A stretch of 64,000 nucleotides of DNA from Candidatus Aminicenantes bacterium UBA2190 (GTDB lineage: Bacteria > Acidobacteriota > Aminicenantia > UBA2199), in assembly GCA_002335385.1 (NCBI GenBank), contig DCVK01000061.1, forward strand, positions 4,370-68,369, given 5' to 3'. The position numbers were made by a program, and so were the translations under genes. Of this stretch, positions 1 to 9,339 are shown one piece after another. The notes under the pieces were generated by a model, which was given only the letters and a program-made list of their open reading frames with translations, was not told the origin of the DNA and did no database searches. Within the stretch, counting starts at the first letter, position 1. Every line of letters begins with the position of its first letter.

Positions 1-281
1 AGGCAGAAGACGAGCTCCACCAGGGCCGGCTTCAAGCGGAAAAAAATGTCGTTCTCCAGCAGCAGCGACACGCCGCCCATGACCACGATCAGCAGGGTGT
101 CCAGGATAACGAAGCGGTCCCACGTCCTGTCCCGGACATAGGAGATCGCCAGCTCGACGATGCCGGAGGCCACGGCAACGACCAGGCCGACCTGCGTGCC
201 CCACAGGGCGTCGGCGGCGATGAAGACCAGAAGCGGCAGGAAGCCGGGCGCCAGGGCCTTGAGCAGTTGCAGCCGGCTCAA
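1..281 (-). CDS. Intracellular septation protein A (YciB/IspZ) family, N-terminal part; the 3' end runs off the window
   Basis: The minus-strand frame is open from TTG at 281 (overlapping the upstream stop as TTGA) to the window edge. The translation SRLQLLKALAPGFLPLLVFIAADALWG...VVMGGVSLLLENDIFFRLKP resembles the YciB N-terminus (FLPLvvF ... GGltL.f.ND.F). It is missing from the ORF track because its stop lies outside the window. Confidence 0.55.
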   Translation of the reverse strand, partial: MSRLQLLKALAPGFLPLLVFIAADALWGTQVGLVVAVASGIVELAISYVRDRTWDRFVILDTLLIVVMGGVSLLLENDIFFRLKPALVELVFC

Positions 282-1255
282 TGGTGCTTCAGGATGAAGG
301 CCAACCTTTCCAGGAGCTCATCCAGTCCGACCTGCGAGGTGCCCACGCGCTCGACCACGATGGAGGCAGCGGCGTTGGCCAGGGCCACGGCCTCGCGCAG
401 GTCGGCCCCGGCCACCAGGGCCAGGGTCAGCACCGCGACGACGGTGTCGCCGGCGCCGGTCACGTCGAACACCTCGCGGCTGAAGGCGGGCAGGTGGAAC
501 ATGCGGCGGCCCGTTTCCGCCGCCGATATCCCCTGGCTGCCGCGGGTGATGAGCGTGAAGCGGCTGCCGAACTTGCGGCGGATGCGCTGGAGGGCCAGGG
601 CGAGGTCGTCGTCGCTGCCGATGGCCCGGCCGGCCATTTCCGCGGCTTCCTTCAGGTTGGGTGTCAGGCCGGTCACGCCGCGGTAGAGGCCGAAATGGGG
701 CGGCTTGGGATCGACCACGATGGGGATGCCGGCGGCGGCGGCCCGGGCCTTGAGCAGCGCCATGACCTCGGCGTTCACCGTGCCCTTGGCATAGTCGGAA
801 ACGATGATGCCGTCGATCCTCTCGGCGGCAATGGCGGCACGCAGCCGCTCCAGGACGTCCGCCTGCAGGCGGATGCGGCCGTCGCGGTCGATGCGCACGA
901 TCTGCTGGCGCTGGGAAATTACGCGCGTCTTGACGATGGTGCGGCTCTCCGGGTCGCGGACCACCAGGTCGCCCTCGGCCTTGAGGCGGGCGATCTCGGC
1001 GGCGAAGCCGTCGTCCCCCGCCACGCCCAGCAGCAGCCCGCGCGCGCCCAGGCGGTCGATATTGGCCGCCACGTTGCCGGCGCCGCCCAGGCGCGACTCC
1101 TCGAGCTCGACCGAGACCACCGGCACCGGGGCCTCGGGAGATATGCGCTCGACCTGGCCGAAGATGTAGCGATCGAGGATCACGTCCCCGTAGACCAGGA
1201 GCCTGCGGCCGGCGAAACGGGAGCAGATCTCAGCGAAGCGGTTCAGTTGGCGCAT
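278..1255 (-). CDS. rfaE: D-glycero-beta-D-manno-heptose-7-phosphate kinase (RfaE domain I, PfkB family)
   Basis: 325-aa ORF with an N-terminus of VYGDVILDRYIFG..RISPEAPVPVV and a C-terminal DVTGAGD ribokinase-type motif. No adenylyltransferase domain is present. Confidence 0.85.
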   Translation of the reverse strand: MRQLNRFAEICSRFAGRRLLVYGDVILDRYIFGQVERISPEAPVPVVSVELEESRLGGAGNVAANIDRLGARGLLLGVAGDDGFAAEIARLKAEGDLVVRDPESRTIVKTRVISQRQQIVRIDRDGRIRLQADVLERLRAAIAAERIDGIIVSDYAKGTVNAEVMALLKARAAAAGIPIVVDPKPPHFGLYRGVTGLTPNLKEAAEMAGRAIGSDDDLALALQRIRRKFGSRFTLITRGSQGISAAETGRRMFHLPAFSREVFDVTGAGDTVVAVLTLALVAGADLREAVALANAAASIVVERVGTSQVGLDELLERLAFILKHH

Positions 1256-2423
1256 GGGCCTCCCCCGGCAATGCCAAAAAAGGCAGGCTGATGAAAAAGA
1301 ACAGCATGAACTTGATCTCGCTGTCGCCGAAATTGTATTCGAACAAGCCGGCGACCAGGAAGCCGATGAAGGCGAACAACACCCCCGCGGCCAGGGCCCG
1401 TGCCTCGCCCTTCTGCTCCTTCAGCCGTTTCAGGACCTGCAGGAGGATGAACAGGCAGGCCAGCACGAAACTGGCCAGGGCGAATAGGCCCCTCTCGGCG
1501 AGGATCTGCAGGAAATTGTTGTGCAGGTGCAGGTTGACCTGCTCGGCGTCCGGGTGACGGTAGCGGGCCTCGTCGCCCAGGATGGCCTTCTCGATGTTGT
1601 GGCTGCCCACCCCGGTCCAGGGCCGGTCCTGGAATATCTTCCAGCCCGACCAGGCCATGTAGATGCGGTCGCGGTTGGAGCGGTCCTGGAGATCGACGAT
1701 GGAGAGGACGCGGCTTTTCACTGCGGCCGGCGCCAGCAGCACCAGCACCAGCAGCAGCGGCGCCAGCGCCATGAAATACCCGGGCCTGAAGAAAAGCAGG
1801 AACAGGGCCAGGGAAAAGGCGATGCCCAGCCAGACGTTGCGGGTCAGGGAAAAGGCGATGGCGGCCAGCATGGCGACCAGGGCCAGGAAGACGACGGCCG
1901 CTTCCCTCCTGTTGTCGTGGCGCAGCACCAGGCGGACGATGAAAAAAATGAAGGGCAGCATCAGCAGGCCGGCATAGGTCATCCAGTGCGACGTGAAGCC
2001 GGTCAAACGATCGTTCAGTTCGATCCCCCTGCTCCAGACGCTGAATATCCCCGCCAGCGAGGAGAAGACCGCCGAAGCCAACAGGACCCACAGGGCAATG
2101 CGGACCCGCTTCCAGGAATCGAGCAGCCAGTGGTAGATCGGGATCAGCAGGAAGATCAGCAATTCCTTGTTATCGCGGATGCTGGCGGCCCGATCCAGGG
2201 AAAAAACCGTCGCCAGCAGGGTGAAGACGATGTAAGCGGCGAAAAACCAGTTATACGAGGGCAGCGTCGGCAAGCGGCCGCCGCGCAGCAGGTGAAGCAG
2301 GAACAGCGCCAGAATGATCGTCCCCAGGATATAGCAGGCGGCGATGGACACGTCGATCAGGAAGAGGAACCCGAGGAGGAGGGCGAAGGCCGTTTCGCTA
2401 GATGAATTTACTGACCGCTTCAT
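1230..2423 (-). CDS. O-antigen ligase (Wzy_C) family membrane protein
   Basis: Polytopic membrane ORF with the periplasmic loop GVGSHNIEKA...HLHNNFLQILAERG typical of O-antigen ligase-like proteins. MKRSV at 2423 is preferred over the track start at 2468. Confidence 0.75.
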   Translation of the reverse strand: MKRSVNSSSETAFALLLGFLFLIDVSIAACYILGTIILALFLLHLLRGGRLPTLPSYNWFFAAYIVFTLLATVFSLDRAASIRDNKELLIFLLIPIYHWLLDSWKRVRIALWVLLASAVFSSLAGIFSVWSRGIELNDRLTGFTSHWMTYAGLLMLPFIFFIVRLVLRHDNRREAAVVFLALVAMLAAIAFSLTRNVWLGIAFSLALFLLFFRPGYFMALAPLLLVLVLLAPAAVKSRVLSIVDLQDRSNRDRIYMAWSGWKIFQDRPWTGVGSHNIEKAILGDEARYRHPDAEQVNLHLHNNFLQILAERGLFALASFVLACLFILLQVLKRLKEQKGEARALAAGVLFAFIGFLVAGLFEYNFGDSEIKFMLFFFISLPFLALPGEAHAPTEPLR

Positions 2424-3417
2424 GGACCCTGTCCGTGCTGATGTTCCGCATGCAGGCGATTGTACCATACTTGCAGCGCCTTTGGGAACACGGGCGGCAG
2501 CCCATCTCCAGCTCGACGATCTCCAGCGCCTCGCGCCGCCAGGGTCCGCTGACGGCGGGGCTGTTGGGTCCGTACAATGCCACCAGTGGGGTCGCGGTCA
2601 GGGAAGCCAGGTGCAGGGGGCCCGAATCGGCGCCCACATAGACCGCCGCATCTGCGATCAGCGCCAGCAGTTCGCGCACGGGCAGGGGGCCTGACAGATC
2701 GTGCACGCCAGGCAAACGGCTCAGGCGCGCGGCCCGCTGTTGTTCCTCGGAACTGCCGCCGATCAGGACGACCGTCGCCCGGTCCGCGGCCAGGCGCTGG
2801 GCCAGGTCAGTGAAATGCTCCTCGCCCCAATCGCGGAAGCGGTTCCCCGCCCCCAGGTGGAGCACCACCTTGGGGCGCACGCCGATGAGCGGGGCCAGGC
2901 GGGAAGAGACGGGGAAGGCGCGCGCGGCGATCGGCGGATACGGCGGCGGGTCGGCGGCGGCGACGCCCACGGCTTCCAGCAGCCGCGTTTGGCTGCGCAC
3001 GGAATGGACCGGCGGCCCGGGGAGGGAGCGGTCGACCAGGAGATTGTACGCCCAATTGCGGTTCGGCGTGCGATAGCCGACCCGGCGCCGGGCGCCGCTG
3101 GCCAGCGTCAGCAGCGCCGATCCCGGGCCTGAATGAAAATCGACGACGGTGCGCACGCCCAGCTCACGGACCCGGCGGCGGAAGGTCAGGACATCCCGCC
3201 AGCGGCGGCGGCGGGGGACGGTGAGGACGTTGTCCACACCCGGGATCAGGGCGGCGACCTCGCCGAAGCGATCCTCCACGACGTAATGCAGGCGCGAGGC
3301 GGGGAAGCGTTGCTTGAACAGGGCGACCGCGGGGATGGTGAATACGATATCGCCGAGGAGGCGCAGGCGGATGAAGAGCACGTCGCTTTCGCAAGAATCG
3401 TCCAGGTTCCCGGTCAA
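2398..3417 (-). CDS. Glycosyltransferase family 9 (ADP-heptose:LPS heptosyltransferase)
   Basis: 339-aa ORF with IRLRLLGDIVFTIPAV and GADSGPLHLA motifs. The TTG start is uncertain. It overlaps the downstream gene, which suggests an operon with the ligase-like gene and the heptose kinase. Confidence 0.8.
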   Translation of the reverse strand: MTGNLDDSCESDVLFIRLRLLGDIVFTIPAVALFKQRFPASRLHYVVEDRFGEVAALIPGVDNVLTVPRRRRWRDVLTFRRRVRELGVRTVVDFHSGPGSALLTLASGARRRVGYRTPNRNWAYNLLVDRSLPGPPVHSVRSQTRLLEAVGVAAADPPPYPPIAARAFPVSSRLAPLIGVRPKVVLHLGAGNRFRDWGEEHFTDLAQRLAADRATVVLIGGSSEEQQRAARLSRLPGVHDLSGPLPVRELLALIADAAVYVGADSGPLHLASLTATPLVALYGPNSPAVSGPWRREALEIVELEMGCRPCSQRRCKYGTIACMRNISTDRVHEAVSKFI

Positions 3418-3756
3418 GTCCAGCCTCCAGCGTGTTGAATCACCGGTCCCGACAGGAGCGCGTGCAACGATGATACAGGGCGAGGCCGGAGGTTATGATT
3501 TTCTCACTTCCATGCGGGCTTTGTCAACTCTCCGGCGAATCGGGGATTGGCGTGGTTGAAATTCGCGGACCGTTATCCCATGAACGTCTTAAGAATTTCC
3601 ATTTGATATAGCCATTTCCTAAGTATAGAAAGTATGCAATCCAACGAAAACCACATCCCATCATGTTCTATGGCGCTTGCCGGAGGGATTTCCACAGTCA
3701 TTGGCAAAATTGCGGAGCGCAACGCCGCCGCGGATGGATCAACGATGACCGGCAGG

Positions 3757-5745
3757 CTATTTGAGTGTGAAGGAAAAGACCTTGTCGCTGCGATTGCCGC
3801 CCAGGTCGGCCACCTGGACCCGCAGCTCGTTCCTGCCTGTTCTCAGGCTTGCCAGGTCCGTGACCAGGACATGGCCCCAATCGGGATCGAATTCAGCATC
3901 CAGCTGGCGGCCGTTCAGCCGCAGCGACAGGGATTCGTCGTCGATGCCCTTGCCCCGGTCGCTGAGGCGGACCACCAGCCGGCGCAGCTTGTCGAGCTGC
4001 CGCGAACCCGGCCGCTGCAGGGAGACGGCGGGGGGGTAGACATCCCGCAGCAGCGCGAACGTCCCGGCGGTCAGGACGCGGCAGCTCACGGTCCCTTCCC
4101 CGCGTTCATGGAGGGTCGGCACGTAGCTCCAGCCTCTCGTCGCCGGCCGGTATTTGAATATCCCCAGCTGGGCGATGCGCTCGGTCCCGGCGGGTACGCG
4201 GAACGAATATCGCACCGCGTCCAGGAAGGCGAAGTGAGAGGGCTCTGAGCGGACCGGGACGCCCAGCATCGGCAGGTCGGGGCACAGGGCCACCTCCTCC
4301 AGCAGCAGCACGGTCGGCTCGCGCACCGTCGTGGCGCCGAATTCAGCCGCGAATTCCCCGAAACGCACGCTCTGCGCCATGTGGTTCTTCAGCCAGACCA
4401 GCCGCAGGATCTTTTGCCGGGCTTCCACGACCAGGCCGGAGACGGTCATCTCGAAGCGCAACTGCAGATGCGGCTCGTGGTTCAGCGGCTGGAAGCTGAA
4501 AAAGAGGCCCTGTTCGTATTCACGGGCCGGAATGACCTTTTCCTCCTTTCCCTGGATGACCCTCAGCCTCAGCTGCGCGGACGCTGCCGGGAAATCCTCG
4601 GCCTTGACCATCACGTCGCCGCGGTTGGCATGGACCGAAAACTCGGTGCACTGCATCCGTCCGCTGCCGGGAGCGTCCGGCGCGACGCGGCGCCGGAAGG
4701 ACCGGGGCTCGCCGTCGGGATCCCTGCTCAGCGGCAGGACGGCCAGCGAGCGGTTTCCCTGCACGTCGCTGACCTGCACCCGGAGCTCGTGCCGGCCGGG
4801 TGCCAGGCGCTGCAGTTCATCGGCCAGCCGCGCCCGGGAATTTTCCAGCGCAAAGCCCTCCTGGGAACAAAGGTTGAAAAAATAGGTCGAAGGCCCCGAA
4901 TAGGACATGTCGTACAGCATGCCCAGCTGGTTGTTATCGTCCCGGCTCAAGCGGTCGAAGGAAATGTTGAACACCGAACGTCCGTCCAGGCTGGCTTCCA
5001 GGCGGTAGGGGGCGACCACATGGGAGACGCCGGAGAGGTCGACGGCATGCAGGACGACGTCGCAGGGGCCATTGATCCTCAAGGGCTCCGTCGGCGTGCA
5101 GGCGTCACCGGCCCGGCGCAGCCGGAAATAGAACTCGCCGATATCGCCGTTGACCAGAGTGCCCGCCCGGCTGCGCAGCAGCACCCCCTTCAACAGGGGC
5201 GCCTGCCGGTCGGGAGACGGGGGGGTGATCAACGTCAGGGGATTGACGGCCCGGTCGGCGGCATCACGGATCTCCAGGTGCAGGTGGGCGAAGCCGGCGC
5301 CGCTCTCGCCGCTGTAGCCGATGACCTCGCCGCGGCGCACGGCCACGGGGCCGGCCAGCATGTGGTCGCCGAAGTATTTTTTCCCCGACACAGACCGCAC
5401 GCGGGCGACCACGGCCTCGAGGTCGGGGCGGAACCTGTCCAGGTGGGCGTACAGCGAAGTGACGCCGCCGGCATGGCGCAGCAGCAGGCAGCGCCCGTAG
5501 CCGCGCCGGGACACGGTCAGGCGCACGATCGCCCCGTCGGCAACGGCCAGCACCGGGAAGCCCGTCCGCTTCATGGTGCGCAGGTCGATGCCGGCATGGA
5601 AATGGTTGGCGCGGAATTCCTGGAACGCCGAGCTGATGCCGTCGTCGATGGCCAGCGGCCAGGCGTATTTCCCGTCCGGGTCCTGGGCGGACAGCCAGCA
5701 GGCCGCCGCCAGGAAAAACAGGAATGCGCTGAGCCGAGTACTCAT
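3757..5745 (-). CDS. M23 family metallopeptidase with a long C-terminal extension
   Basis: HFHAGIDL and GESGAGFAHLHLEIRD motifs are present. The signal peptide MSTRLSAFLFFLAAACWLSAQ argues for a start at 5745. The C-terminal half contains two G.HELRVQV.D..GN.S repeats of Ig-like type. Confidence 0.85.
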   Translation of the reverse strand: MSTRLSAFLFFLAAACWLSAQDPDGKYAWPLAIDDGISSAFQEFRANHFHAGIDLRTMKRTGFPVLAVADGAIVRLTVSRRGYGRCLLLRHAGGVTSLYAHLDRFRPDLEAVVARVRSVSGKKYFGDHMLAGPVAVRRGEVIGYSGESGAGFAHLHLEIRDAADRAVNPLTLITPPSPDRQAPLLKGVLLRSRAGTLVNGDIGEFYFRLRRAGDACTPTEPLRINGPCDVVLHAVDLSGVSHVVAPYRLEASLDGRSVFNISFDRLSRDDNNQLGMLYDMSYSGPSTYFFNLCSQEGFALENSRARLADELQRLAPGRHELRVQVSDVQGNRSLAVLPLSRDPDGEPRSFRRRVAPDAPGSGRMQCTEFSVHANRGDVMVKAEDFPAASAQLRLRVIQGKEEKVIPAREYEQGLFFSFQPLNHEPHLQLRFEMTVSGLVVEARQKILRLVWLKNHMAQSVRFGEFAAEFGATTVREPTVLLLEEVALCPDLPMLGVPVRSEPSHFAFLDAVRYSFRVPAGTERIAQLGIFKYRPATRGWSYVPTLHERGEGTVSCRVLTAGTFALLRDVYPPAVSLQRPGSRQLDKLRRLVVRLSDRGKGIDDESLSLRLNGRQLDAEFDPDWGHVLVTDLASLRTGRNELRVQVADLGGNRSDKVFSFTLK

Positions 5746-5754
5746 CCGCTGCCG

Positions 5755-5784
5755 ATTGTACCCCAGGTCGGCGGCGGGGGGCAA
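5755..5784 (-). promoter_or_regulatory. Sigma-70-like promoter, TTGCCC-18-TACAAT, 9 nt upstream of the M23 peptidase ATG
   Basis: The minus strand reads TTGCCC (5784-5779), an 18-nt spacer, TACAAT (5760-5755), then 9 nt to ATG 5745. No SD sequence lies in between. Confidence 0.4.
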
Positions 5785-5798
5785 GTCCGAGAGATTTC

Positions 5799-6443
5799 TC
5801 AGCCGCCCGGGCCGCGATTCTCGATGTAGGAACGGATATGGTCGCGCACGGACTGGTGCGTGCTTTCGTCGCGAAACAGCTTTTGCAGCCGGGCCAGCCC
5901 CAGGTGGGGAATGATTTTCAGCAGGATGCGGACCGGAGCCTCCGGGTCATGGGCGACGGCCTCGGCCACGGCCGGGCTCTGGAACCAGGAAGTTTCGGCA
6001 AGGGCCTGGTAGAAGCGGCTGCGGTCGAGGCTGCGGTTGACGAAGCGCAGCACGACCTCCTCGCTGCAGCTGGGATTCTGCAGGATGGTCTGGATAAGCT
6101 GGGGTTGGTCCTCGTCACTGAGGGCCAGGAGCAGGGAGTTCGAGGCCATCTTCAGCAGGGATGTTTTTTCTCCCAGGGCCAGCCGCTTGTAGCGCTGCAG
6201 GAATTCCAGCTCGGCCTTCTTGCGGACGAAGGGATTGGCCTTGACGTTCTTGATGACTCGTACCAGGTCGGCGGCGAACAGCTTGCTGAGGATGCCCAGC
6301 GCCAGGCCCTGGGGGAAGCGGGGATGCTGCGCCAGGCCCAGCTGCACGCGGTAATCGTCCTTGTGCCGGCGGTGGATGTCCTCCAGTTCCTCCTGGCTGA
6401 CGGCGGATGACTGCAGCCTTTTGATGACGTCCAGGCTGACCAA
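5799..6443 (-). CDS. Hypothetical alpha-helical repeat protein
   Basis: 214-aa ORF on the same strand and tightly spaced (7 nt) after the UbiA-family gene. Its composition is helical-repeat-like and I recognise no family motif. Confidence 0.55.
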   Translation of the reverse strand: MVSLDVIKRLQSSAVSQEELEDIHRRHKDDYRVQLGLAQHPRFPQGLALGILSKLFAADLVRVIKNVKANPFVRKKAELEFLQRYKRLALGEKTSLLKMASNSLLLALSDEDQPQLIQTILQNPSCSEEVVLRFVNRSLDRSRFYQALAETSWFQSPAVAEAVAHDPEAPVRILLKIIPHLGLARLQKLFRDESTHQSVRDHIRSYIENRGPGG

Positions 6444-6450
6444 TGCCGCC

Positions 6451-7332
6451 TCAGCGCGTCACCAACAGGATGAAGACGCTGACCCAGAGGACCAGGTTCA
6501 GGGTGAAGGGCAGGTCACTGGCAATGATGTCGGCAGGGCTTTCGCCCTCGCCTTTCGCATAGGAGAGGAACAGGTAGCGGAAGATGCCGAAGATGACGAA
6601 CGGGACCGTGAAAAACAGATTGTCCGTATGGAATTTCAACTGCACGTCCGGGGAGAGCACGTACATGATGTACGAGATCAGGGTGGTGGCCGTGGCGACG
6701 CTGATCATCTGGTCCAGCATGCCGATGTTGTAGCTTTCCAGTGTCTTGCGCGTGACCACCTCGGGATGAAGCTCCTGGACCTTGAGCAACTCCTGCCGGC
6801 GCTTGATCAGGGCCAGGAAAATGGCCAGCAGGAAGGTGGAGATGAGGATCCAGGGATAGAGGACGACCGAGTTCACCGCCCCGCCGATCATGACCCGCAG
6901 CACGAAGCCCAGGGCGATGACCATGATATCGATGATGACCACCCGCTTCAGGAAAAGCGAGTAGAACACGTTCAGGACGACATAGAAAACGGTGATCAGG
7001 AGGAACTCCCGGTTGAAGCGGGCGATCAGCAGCAACACGACGGCGATCAACGCCGCCGCGACCGCCAGCGTCCAGCGCACGTCCAGGCGGCCGCAGGCGA
7101 TGGGCCGGTCCTTCTTCACCGGGTGCAGCCTGTCCTGCTCGCGGTCCAGGACGTCGTTGAACACGTACATGCAGCCCGTGACCAGGCTGAAAAGCAGGAA
7201 GGCCAGCAGGCTCCTCCATACGTAGGAAACATGGAACATGTGCAGGGAGAAGATCATGGGGGCGAAGATGAAGACATTCTTCATCCATTGCTTCGGCCGC
7301 AGCGAGATCAGGAAATATTTCAGGGCTTGCAT
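6451..7332 (-). CDS. UbiA prenyltransferase family protein (decaprenyl-phosphate phosphoribosyltransferase-like)
   Basis: LRPKQWMKNVFIFAP and NDVLDREQDRLHPVKKDRPIA motifs in a multi-pass membrane protein. The start is moved to MQALKY (7332) because a TGgTATAAT box sits exactly 6 nt upstream of it. Confidence 0.8.
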   Translation of the reverse strand: MQALKYFLISLRPKQWMKNVFIFAPMIFSLHMFHVSYVWRSLLAFLLFSLVTGCMYVFNDVLDREQDRLHPVKKDRPIACGRLDVRWTLAVAAALIAVVLLLIARFNREFLLITVFYVVLNVFYSLFLKRVVIIDIMVIALGFVLRVMIGGAVNSVVLYPWILISTFLLAIFLALIKRRQELLKVQELHPEVVTRKTLESYNIGMLDQMISVATATTLISYIMYVLSPDVQLKFHTDNLFFTVPFVIFGIFRYLFLSYAKGEGESPADIIASDLPFTLNLVLWVSVFILLVTR

Positions 7333-7338
7333 TGGGAC

Positions 7339-7347
7339 ATTATACCA
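7339..7347 (-). promoter_or_regulatory. Extended -10 promoter (TGgTATAAT) 6 nt upstream of ATG 7332; likely leaderless
   Basis: The minus strand reads tTGGTATAATgtcccaATG. Confidence 0.45.
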
Positions 7348-7374
7348 AAAAAGGACCGATTTCATGTAATTGAT

Positions 7375-7501
7375 GTAAAGTCAAAATTGAAAAGTGAATT
7401 GAGAAACTCAAGGGGAAGAAATGTATAGGTGGAATTTATATTATTTTTCTTTGATCTTGCCATTGCGCTTTACATTTCACTTTTCACTATTCACTTTTCA
7501 C
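7375..7501. repeat. Heptad-periodic palindromic intergenic element (locus A)
   Basis: The left arm is GTAAAGT CAAAATT GAAAAGT GAATTGA. The right arm is TTTCAC TTTTCAC TATTCAC TTTTCAC. The arms are roughly complementary (about 14 of 17). The right arm overlaps the pgi stop codon. Confidence 0.7.
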
Positions 7502-9125
7502 TAGGATTCTTGTCTCTGCAATATTCGATCAACGCCCGGGTCGAACCGTCCTCATCGTCGGCGGGCAACTCGCCCTTGATCTTGGGCAACAGGCGGCCGG
7601 CGATCTTCTTCCCCAGCTCCACGCCCCACTGATCGAAGGAAAAGACATTCCAGAGCACTCCCTGGGCGAACACCTTGTGCTCGTAGAGGGCGATCAGCTT
7701 GCCCAGGGTGGCGGGGGTGAGTTCCTCGGCGAGGATGGTGTTGCTCGGGCGGTTTCCGGCGAATTCGCGGAACGGCTGGAGCGCTGCAGGGACTTTCTCG
7801 CGGGCCAGTTCCTCCCGGGTCCTGCCGAAGGCCAGCGCCTGCGCCTGGGCGAACATGTTGGCCAGCAACTGTTCGTGATGATCGCGGAACGGTTCCAGCG
7901 AACGGCGGTAGCCGATGAAATCGCAGGGGACCGCCTGGGTGCCCTGGTGCAGCAGCTGGAAAAACGCGTGCTGGCCCCCTGTGCCCGGTTCTCCCCAGAG
8001 CACCGGCGCGGTCGCGTAGTCCACCTCCCTGCCGCCGCGGTCGACGCCCTTGCCGTTGGACTCCATCTCCAGCTGCTGCAGGAAGGCCGGAAAGAGTCGG
8101 AGGTACTGGCTGTACGGCAGGACGGCATGAGTGGCGGCCCCCATGAAATCGGCGTGCCAGACGCCCAGCAGCGCCAGCAGCAGCGGCAGGTTCTCTCGCG
8201 GCGGCGCGCTGCGGAAATGGCGGTCCATGGCCGCACAGCCGCTCAGCATGTCGATGAAGCGCTCGGGACCGACAGCCATCATCAGCGGCAGGCCGACCGC
8301 CGAGGAAAGCGAAAAGCGCCCGCCCACCCAATCCCAGAATTCGAAGACATTCTCGGCGGCAACGCCCCATGCCAGCGCCGCCTGCGGATGGGCGGTCACG
8401 GCAGCGACGTGGCGGACCAGGGCGGCCCGGTCCTGAAAATGTTCGAGCAGCCAGTCGCGGGCAGCGCCGGCGTTGGCCATGGTTTCCTGGGTGGTGAAGG
8501 TCTTGGAAGCGATGATGAACAGCGTCGTCTCCGGGGAGAGGAAGCGCAGCGTCTCGGACAAGTGGCTGGGATCAAGGTTGGACACGAAATGGACCTGCAG
8601 GTCGCGCTGGGAGTAGAAGCGCAGGGCGGCGCAGGCCATGCGCGGGCCCAGGTCGGAGCCGCCGATGCCGATGTGAACGACATGGCGCAGGGGGCGGCCG
8701 CCATGGCCGATCCAGTTCCCCGAGCGGATGCGTCCGGCGGCGGCGGCCATCTGCTCCCTCACCTCGCGGATGCGCGGCATGACGTCGGCGCCGTCGACCC
8801 GCTGCGGGCGACCGGAAGAATCGCGCAGCGCCCAGTGCAGGGCCGGCCGGCCCTCGGTCTCGTTGACCGCCTCGCCGGCGAACAGTCGCCGGACTTCCTG
8901 CTCCAGGCCGCAGGCTGCGGCCAGGGCGAACAGCAGGTCCAGGGTCTCGTCGTTGACCGGGTTTTTCGCAAAGTCGAGATAAATGCCCTCGGCCTGGAGC
9001 GCGTAGCGCCGGCCGCGCCCGGGGTCGGCGGCGAAAAGGTCGCGCAGGTGCAGCTTCTTCATCCCCACCGCATGCTTTCTCAAGGCCAGCCACTCGGGCA
9101 TCGTCGACCTGCATCGCCGGTTCAT
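7491..9125 (-). CDS. pgi: Glucose-6-phosphate isomerase
   Basis: 544-aa ORF with clear PGI similarity throughout (HLRDLF..D..R, IGIGGSDLGP, WGEPGTGGQHAFFQLLHQGT). A GGGAGAAG RBS lies upstream of ATG 9125. Confidence 0.95.
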   Translation of the reverse strand: MNRRCRSTMPEWLALRKHAVGMKKLHLRDLFAADPGRGRRYALQAEGIYLDFAKNPVNDETLDLLFALAAACGLEQEVRRLFAGEAVNETEGRPALHWALRDSSGRPQRVDGADVMPRIREVREQMAAAAGRIRSGNWIGHGGRPLRHVVHIGIGGSDLGPRMACAALRFYSQRDLQVHFVSNLDPSHLSETLRFLSPETTLFIIASKTFTTQETMANAGAARDWLLEHFQDRAALVRHVAAVTAHPQAALAWGVAAENVFEFWDWVGGRFSLSSAVGLPLMMAVGPERFIDMLSGCAAMDRHFRSAPPRENLPLLLALLGVWHADFMGAATHAVLPYSQYLRLFPAFLQQLEMESNGKGVDRGGREVDYATAPVLWGEPGTGGQHAFFQLLHQGTQAVPCDFIGYRRSLEPFRDHHEQLLANMFAQAQALAFGRTREELAREKVPAALQPFREFAGNRPSNTILAEELTPATLGKLIALYEHKVFAQGVLWNVFSFDQWGVELGKKIAGRLLPKIKGELPADDEDGSTRALIEYCRDKNPSEK

Positions 9126-9304
9126 GGTTCTTCTCCCTGCGCTTTATACATGAAGGGCCTGGTCAAAGTCAATGCAGCGGTATCGCTGCCGGATAGGAGG
9201 CAACAGCCTCCCGAGCTCGGATCCGCGGACGGGAGGTTGGATCCCCCCGCCTTTCAAATCCGTGAACGGAAGGGTGTAAAACCCTCCCTGCATTACTCCA
9301 TATC

Positions 9305-9333
9305 TTGACGGCACCCGGCCGATAAGGTATAAA
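9305..9333 (+). promoter_or_regulatory. Sigma-70-like promoter TTGACG-17-TATAAA, 6 nt upstream of the larC ATG (leaderless geometry)
   Basis: TTGACG at 9305-9310, a 17-nt spacer, TATAAA at 9328-9333, ggcgcc, then ATG at 9340. No SD sequence. Confidence 0.55.
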
Positions 9334-9339
9334 GGCGCC

